A stretch of 64,000 nucleotides of DNA from Negaprion brevirostris (taxonomy: Eukaryota): positions 3,950,312 to 4,014,311 of the forward strand of contig JARDVH010000154.1 in the NCBI GenBank assembly GCA_030324005.1, in the 5' to 3' direction. The first letter of the stretch is position 1; every line of letters begins with the position of its first letter. Below the pieces are notes generated by a model. That model worked only from the letters and a program-made list of their open reading frames with translations, was not told where the DNA came from and did no database searches. A program made the translations under genes and the position numbers. Positions 58,701-64,000 of the stretch are shown in pieces.

Positions 58701-61700
58701 TTATACGCCCATCGGAATGTGCTTAAATGTCTTAGGTTAGGCCACAGTATTAAAAGCTGAAAAGAATTGCCTTCATTAAGTAATGTGCTCTTCAACATTT
58801 AAGAAAGTTTATACGATAATAGTGAATGACCGCCGTGCAAAAAAAACGTGTTGCATAATGTACACTGGCACGTTTCCAAATGTACCTTCTCATCTGACCT
58901 ATTAATGCATAACTTGTGTTTAATGTGACATTTGACCTGCAGCACAGTGACGTGCTGTAGAGCGGTTTGGCTCTGCAACTTGCCTCATATCACTGCCTTC
59001 TCATTTTACTTTTCACATTAACGTAACCCTAAAAATTACAAACTAAGCTAAATAAAGATGTTGACTTAAATTAACGAGAAATCTGTTTTGGGGGGTTTGA
59101 GAATTCCTGGCATGAGTCAAAGAGAGATCAATAGGGTTACTGTACAACCAGAACAGAGAGTCTTTGATCTACGAAGCTAAACAGCATTGCAGCGACAAAC
59201 TATTCGCTTAACTTGCGAGATAATGCAGGCGAACAGTCACTATGACAGGAAAGAGTTAATTTTTAATAAGAATGTGTTTAATGTCAGTGCTCTTTTACTT
59301 TGCTGCCAAAACGTAGAAAGAATATTTCGGAGCGTCCTTTAGAATCTATGCTGGGTTAGGTTGTTTCGGCATTTACCAAGAAAAAAATGTATCAAATAAG
59401 CCTCTAGTTTTCCATTTGGATATTATTCCCATAAAAAGGGCCTTCTGCTGTAAAACGGTTAGCTCTGCTTATATGCCAAAACCGATTAAATTCAATTTGA
59501 TTATTTCTAGATCCATTCAGACGCCTGCAGTTGAATCTATCTTCCACAGCATACCAAACACTTGGTACATTTTTATTTTGCCGGAGGCTGGCCACAGAGT
59601 ATAAAAATGATTTGTTAAAAAAAGAGGAATTTAATGCAAACCCATTTTCTGCTAACATCAAACGTCGCCTTATCGCTCGTCGTCTATCTGGCTAGGAATG
59701 CCTGAGGAAATGGAAACCTATTAAAACGTTTTCCGTTAACAGAATGTTGTACTCCCATGAATTAGAAAATGGTCCAGCACTTTTCGGCACTATTTTACAG
59801 TGGCGCACGTTTTACCAGCAAAACGTCCTGTTGTATTCTAAACTATTATCAGCAGTGTTTAGTAAAACAAAAAATATTTTCGCCCGGAATAAAAGTAGAC
59901 GTGGAACCATTCTGTAAAGGTTAAGGAAGTAAGTTGTTTCTCTCTCTCTCTCAAGGTTCCAATGAAAAGACCAAGAGATTGAGTTGAGGCACTTTAAACG
60001 GCCAACGCTGGATGGATCTTTAGTTTGGGAGCTTTAAAAGTCGCAAGTACAATAGGTAAACACTGTTTACCCAGGTCATAAATCATGTGCACATTCATCT
60101 TGAGGATAACACCCTATCTAAAAATGCTTTTGAAGCTTCTTCCACGAACTCGAAGGTGTTAANNNNNNNNNNNNNNNNNNNNNNNNNNNNNNNNNNNNNN
60201 NNNNNNNNNNNNNNNNNNNNNNNNNNNNNNNNNNNNNNNNNNNNNNNNNNNNNNNNNNNNNNNNNNNNNNNNNNNNNNNNNNNNNNNNNNNNNNNNNNNN
60301 NNNNNNNNNNNNNNNNNNNNNNNNNNNNNNNNNNNNNNNNNNNNNNNNNNNNNNNNNNNNNNNNNNNNNNNNNNNNNNNNNNNNNNNNNNNNNNNNNNNN
60401 NNNNNNNNNNNNNNNNNNNNNNNNNNNNNNNNNNNNNNNNNNNNNNNNNNNNNNNNNNNNNNNNNNNNNCTGCAGAGGGGGGAAAATGTTTAAGCTGCAG
60501 CTCACTTGGTTCGCTTACCTGTTGGATTATTGCAATGGAACTTGGAAAAAGATCACTGAATTTGGTCTTTCATCACAGGTGGCGGAGCTCAGCTATAACC
60601 CCCGCGGGAGGAAAAATATTTATTGGACTCTGGTGGATTTGGAAAAAATTGCATTCTGGAAAATCGCGGGATTGCCATCGAAAGAGGGATTGCTTCGCCT
60701 GGGAGGAATGAATTCAATAGCGGCCATACTGCGAAATCACATCCAGCCGTTAACACGACTAGATCTTTGCCTGAACGGACTATCAAGAAAAAAAGACCGA
60801 ATAGTTTAATTATTCCAGATGCTTAATTCTGTACAAATTGTTAAAAATCAAACTATTATTCTAAACTCAGCATGTTTAAGGATAGGCTGTTGACAACGGG
60901 AGGCAGTACAAAAAACCGACAGAATGCTAAATGGAACACGAAATAAAGATGTGAGTTAACGTGTCCAATAGGAACGGGCCTGGTCGCTGGATGTCAGAAA
61001 TGATTTCCGTATGAGCTGAGGTATCGCAGTTCAACACTAGCCCGACTCCTTTAAATACGGAGCATGCCAGTTAAATATTCTGTGATATTCAGCAGCGGGC
61101 TAGACTGAGTAAGAAATGCAGAAAGAGAGGGAGAGGCATACAGACGAGAAAACAGAGAAGAAAGCAATAGCATGAGAGAGGAGGGAGGGAGAGACAGATG
61201 GGGAGAGTGAAAGAGTCGCAGAATGCAGCAATGTTAGTTTTTAAGTACAATGATCCAGTCCGAATATGTCAATTTCCTAACAATGTCCAAGTGATTTATA
61301 AAATGATTACAATCATTACTTTCAAGCAAATAAACCTCAAGTCTCCACGGAGTGCGAACAGGGCATCACCTTATCCTATTTTTGTTCCTCCAATTGCAAC
61401 AATTTCGGACAATTGCTCCTTAGAGACCGACTACATTTCAACACAAAGGAATGGAAAAACATGGCAAATTTGGCACCAAAAATACTAGGTTTTCGGTTAT
61501 TTGAAGGCAGCACTGAACAAAAAAAAATCGTCATATCTCGTAAAAGAGAACTATATACCACTGGACCCATCAAGTGAATTGTTCCTCAAAATTAGTTTCG
61601 TTTTGTATTATCAGTGAAAGGTCAGAGGTTATAGTTATTGCATTTTCACTTTTCTAATAGCCAGTCTGGGAGCATGGAGCAGCATCACTATAATTTATTA

Positions 61701-63664
61701 CCTTGTCTGTGCTGGAGCTAATTTTATCGGTTATTGAGAGGCGTTGAAACGCCTTGAATTGCAAAGTCAAGAACAGTACATGCCTACCTACAATGCTGAC
61801 CGTTTAATTATGCATTCTTTAAGAAAATATATGAATTTATATTGAACAAGTTTACCCACACTGACCGCTTAGCTTGGCTACCTCTGTCCATGTTGACAAA
61901 TATTATGTTACAAAACATTAGCAGCAAAATTAAGCATGTTTGTAACATTTTAGTTGTGATCCATGATCTTATCGTATGTCCTGGATCCATTCTTATTATT
62001 AAGTTTTCATTAAATACTTCTTACAACATTGTGATTCAATGTATGAACAAAGCATAAATTGCCTAACCATTCGACTCTTATTTAATAAGCGATTTGTTGA
62101 TAAATTGTAACGGCTATATGTTTAGTTTTGCTTCCTATAACTATTCAAATATGAGGAAATGTAAATATATTGACATCCTCACCCATTCTTCTGCACGGTG
62201 TCTGAGAAAGGCTATGGTACAGTTCCCATGGAAAATAGTCGTAATTTTTCATCAATTTTAAATAGCCATATATAGCCCAGCAAAATGTATTAACAGGGAG
62301 AAGGGACATGATTTATTATGAGGAATATAATTACCTGTATATTAAATAGCCATCTTATAAGGGCAACGTCTATTCTGAGAGTACGTAGGGTTGTTTCCTT
62401 GCAACCATTAATACATTATCATCCCTTTAAGAGGATTTTATTTAAAATATATCTGTTCAGTTTGAAGGATTTCAACGCAAATGAACGATGCAGATAAGGG
62501 AGAGAGCAAAGCAATTATGAAATCAGACACCATAAATAAATCTTACACTCGTTCACAAAGTTAATTCTGGCAGCTGATGGATAAAGGAAAAGAAACAAAG
62601 TTAAGGAGGAAAGAGTCCAGAAATCACAAAACTTGAGCAACGATCCTCCTGTTTGCATAGTTTTGTTGTTTTTTTTCATGCAGTGGAATGTGATCTGCAG
62701 GAGAAAAAAAATTAGTAGACAACGTGATAAAAATTCCAAGAACTGAAAAGAATCAGGCACAAAATATTGTTCAACATTATCGGCTCGGTTTCAAATGTTA
62801 CGTTTTAGAGTTCTTCTGTTTTTGAAGTAGATTAGCTTTAGTCTTTATGTGCTGCTGTCTATAGAAGTCGCCACCGCTCCTTAAAGAGAGGCGAACGAAC
62901 AAAGCCTTTAGGAGGGGCTTTTCGTTGAGTGGATTGGCGCCGCATTGTCAGGCTTATTTTAAAGCACAGTTATCGTCTGTGCGGATGTAGCTGCAAATTT
63001 TCTACGGACAGAAGAAACTGCCTTTAAGCCTTAACATTTTCAGAATATAAGAGCGTATTGTGCCTTTCCGTGGTATAAATTGTTTCTAAAATAAAACACA
63101 CATTGCAATCAGCGCCGCTGAACGAATGTAGTGCCATTGAGCATGATTCATGTGTGTTGAGGGCACTGAGTCACATTATTTTTCCATTTTGTGCTGGGAG
63201 TTATCAATTAATAAAGCCTCAATTGAATCTAGGGTCAGACTTGCAAAGAAATTTACACATCTTTCGTATGGAAGCTAAGCAATATCCAATTGTGTTCTCA
63301 TATCGATTTGCTACTGCCTTACCCCTTTCTGTTTTCTCAGGAGCATTTTTTTGGCAAATGAAGAAAATCGACATCCCAAAGGCCTGCCAATCATAGAGGA
63401 ACTCTGTATTTTCATTGTTTCTGCCACCACCCCCCCCCCNNNNNNNNNNNNNNNNNNNNNNNNNNNNNNNNNNNNNNNNNNNNNNNNNNNNNNNNNNNNN
63501 NNNNNNNNNNNNNNNNNNNNNNNNNNNNNNNNNNNNNNNCCCCCCAATTTACAAGCACACACTGTTACTCAAATATTGAGGAAAACAGATTATGTGCTAC
63601 GATTTGTTGAAAGACATAAGACTTTGCCAATCCATCCAATGGCTACCTACATTAACTTTATGTA

Positions 63665-63668
<4 letters not shown>

Positions 63669-63708
<40 letters not shown>
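63669..63708. repeat. (CA)n/(TA)n microsatellite
   Basis: Direct reading of the sequence. Confidence 0.9.
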
Positions 63709-64000
63709 GACTACCTGAAACATATATGTGTATGGCAACTACAAAAGAACAATGACAAATATTCTATATTTATGACATAAAATACATAGCATTCATTAAC
63801 AAGTTACACATTGTTCCACGTATTTATAGTTTGTTCTCAACTAATAGTGTTTGTTATTGACGCCTATGTCTTGTACATTAAATAATTAAATGGTTAATAA
63901 GTATTTTGAGGGTTTCATCTTTGTTGAGCTACCAGATAGAGTATACAATAGATAGAATTTACAATAGATAATTCCAACGAAGCCCTGCGTAATCATCAAA

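Noticed and set aside
50582-64000. HoxB4 or mir-10 within the window
   Set aside because: No PG4 homeobox or hexapeptide and no TACCCTGTAGA mature sequence were found; both are expected further upstream.
1-64000. CRISPR arrays, operons or other prokaryotic systems
   Set aside because: The sequence is vertebrate, with spliced genes and retroposons, and has no regularly spaced direct repeats.

Overview
This is eukaryotic DNA, the anterior (3') end of a cartilaginous-fish (shark-like) HoxB cluster. Three two-exon homeobox genes lie on the minus strand: HoxB3 (CDS 50581-50167 + 49321-48552, 394 aa), HoxB2 (43815-43452 + 42837-42122, 359 aa) and HoxB1 (start codon lost in the N gap at 29682-30132; visible exon 1 29681-29220 + exon 2 28464-28121). 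Classic vertebrate HoxB cis-elements can be read directly: the HoxB1 3' DR2 and 3' DR5 RAREs, the HoxB2 r4 Pbx-Hox/Meis element and a Krox20/Sox element, the paralogue-group-3 DR5 RARE, poly(A) signals, and miR-10 and let-7 seed sites. Bases 1 to about 16.4 kb are CpG-poor flank full of CR1/L2 LINE fragments, tRNA-derived SINEs and a MITE. The rest is mostly CpG-retaining and transposon-poor. The main exception is a ~4 kb transposon-rich block between HoxB1 and HoxB2 that is bracketed by a 54-bp duplicate of the HoxB2 poly(A) region. I cannot support a wholly new biological system. The best leads are that block, a palindromic Penelope-like element with a degenerate hammerhead core, a Hoxa2-like Pbx-Hox cluster in the HoxB2 intron, and a DR5 in the HoxB1 intron. 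Repeat boundaries are approximate, and reference motifs are recalled from memory, not searched.
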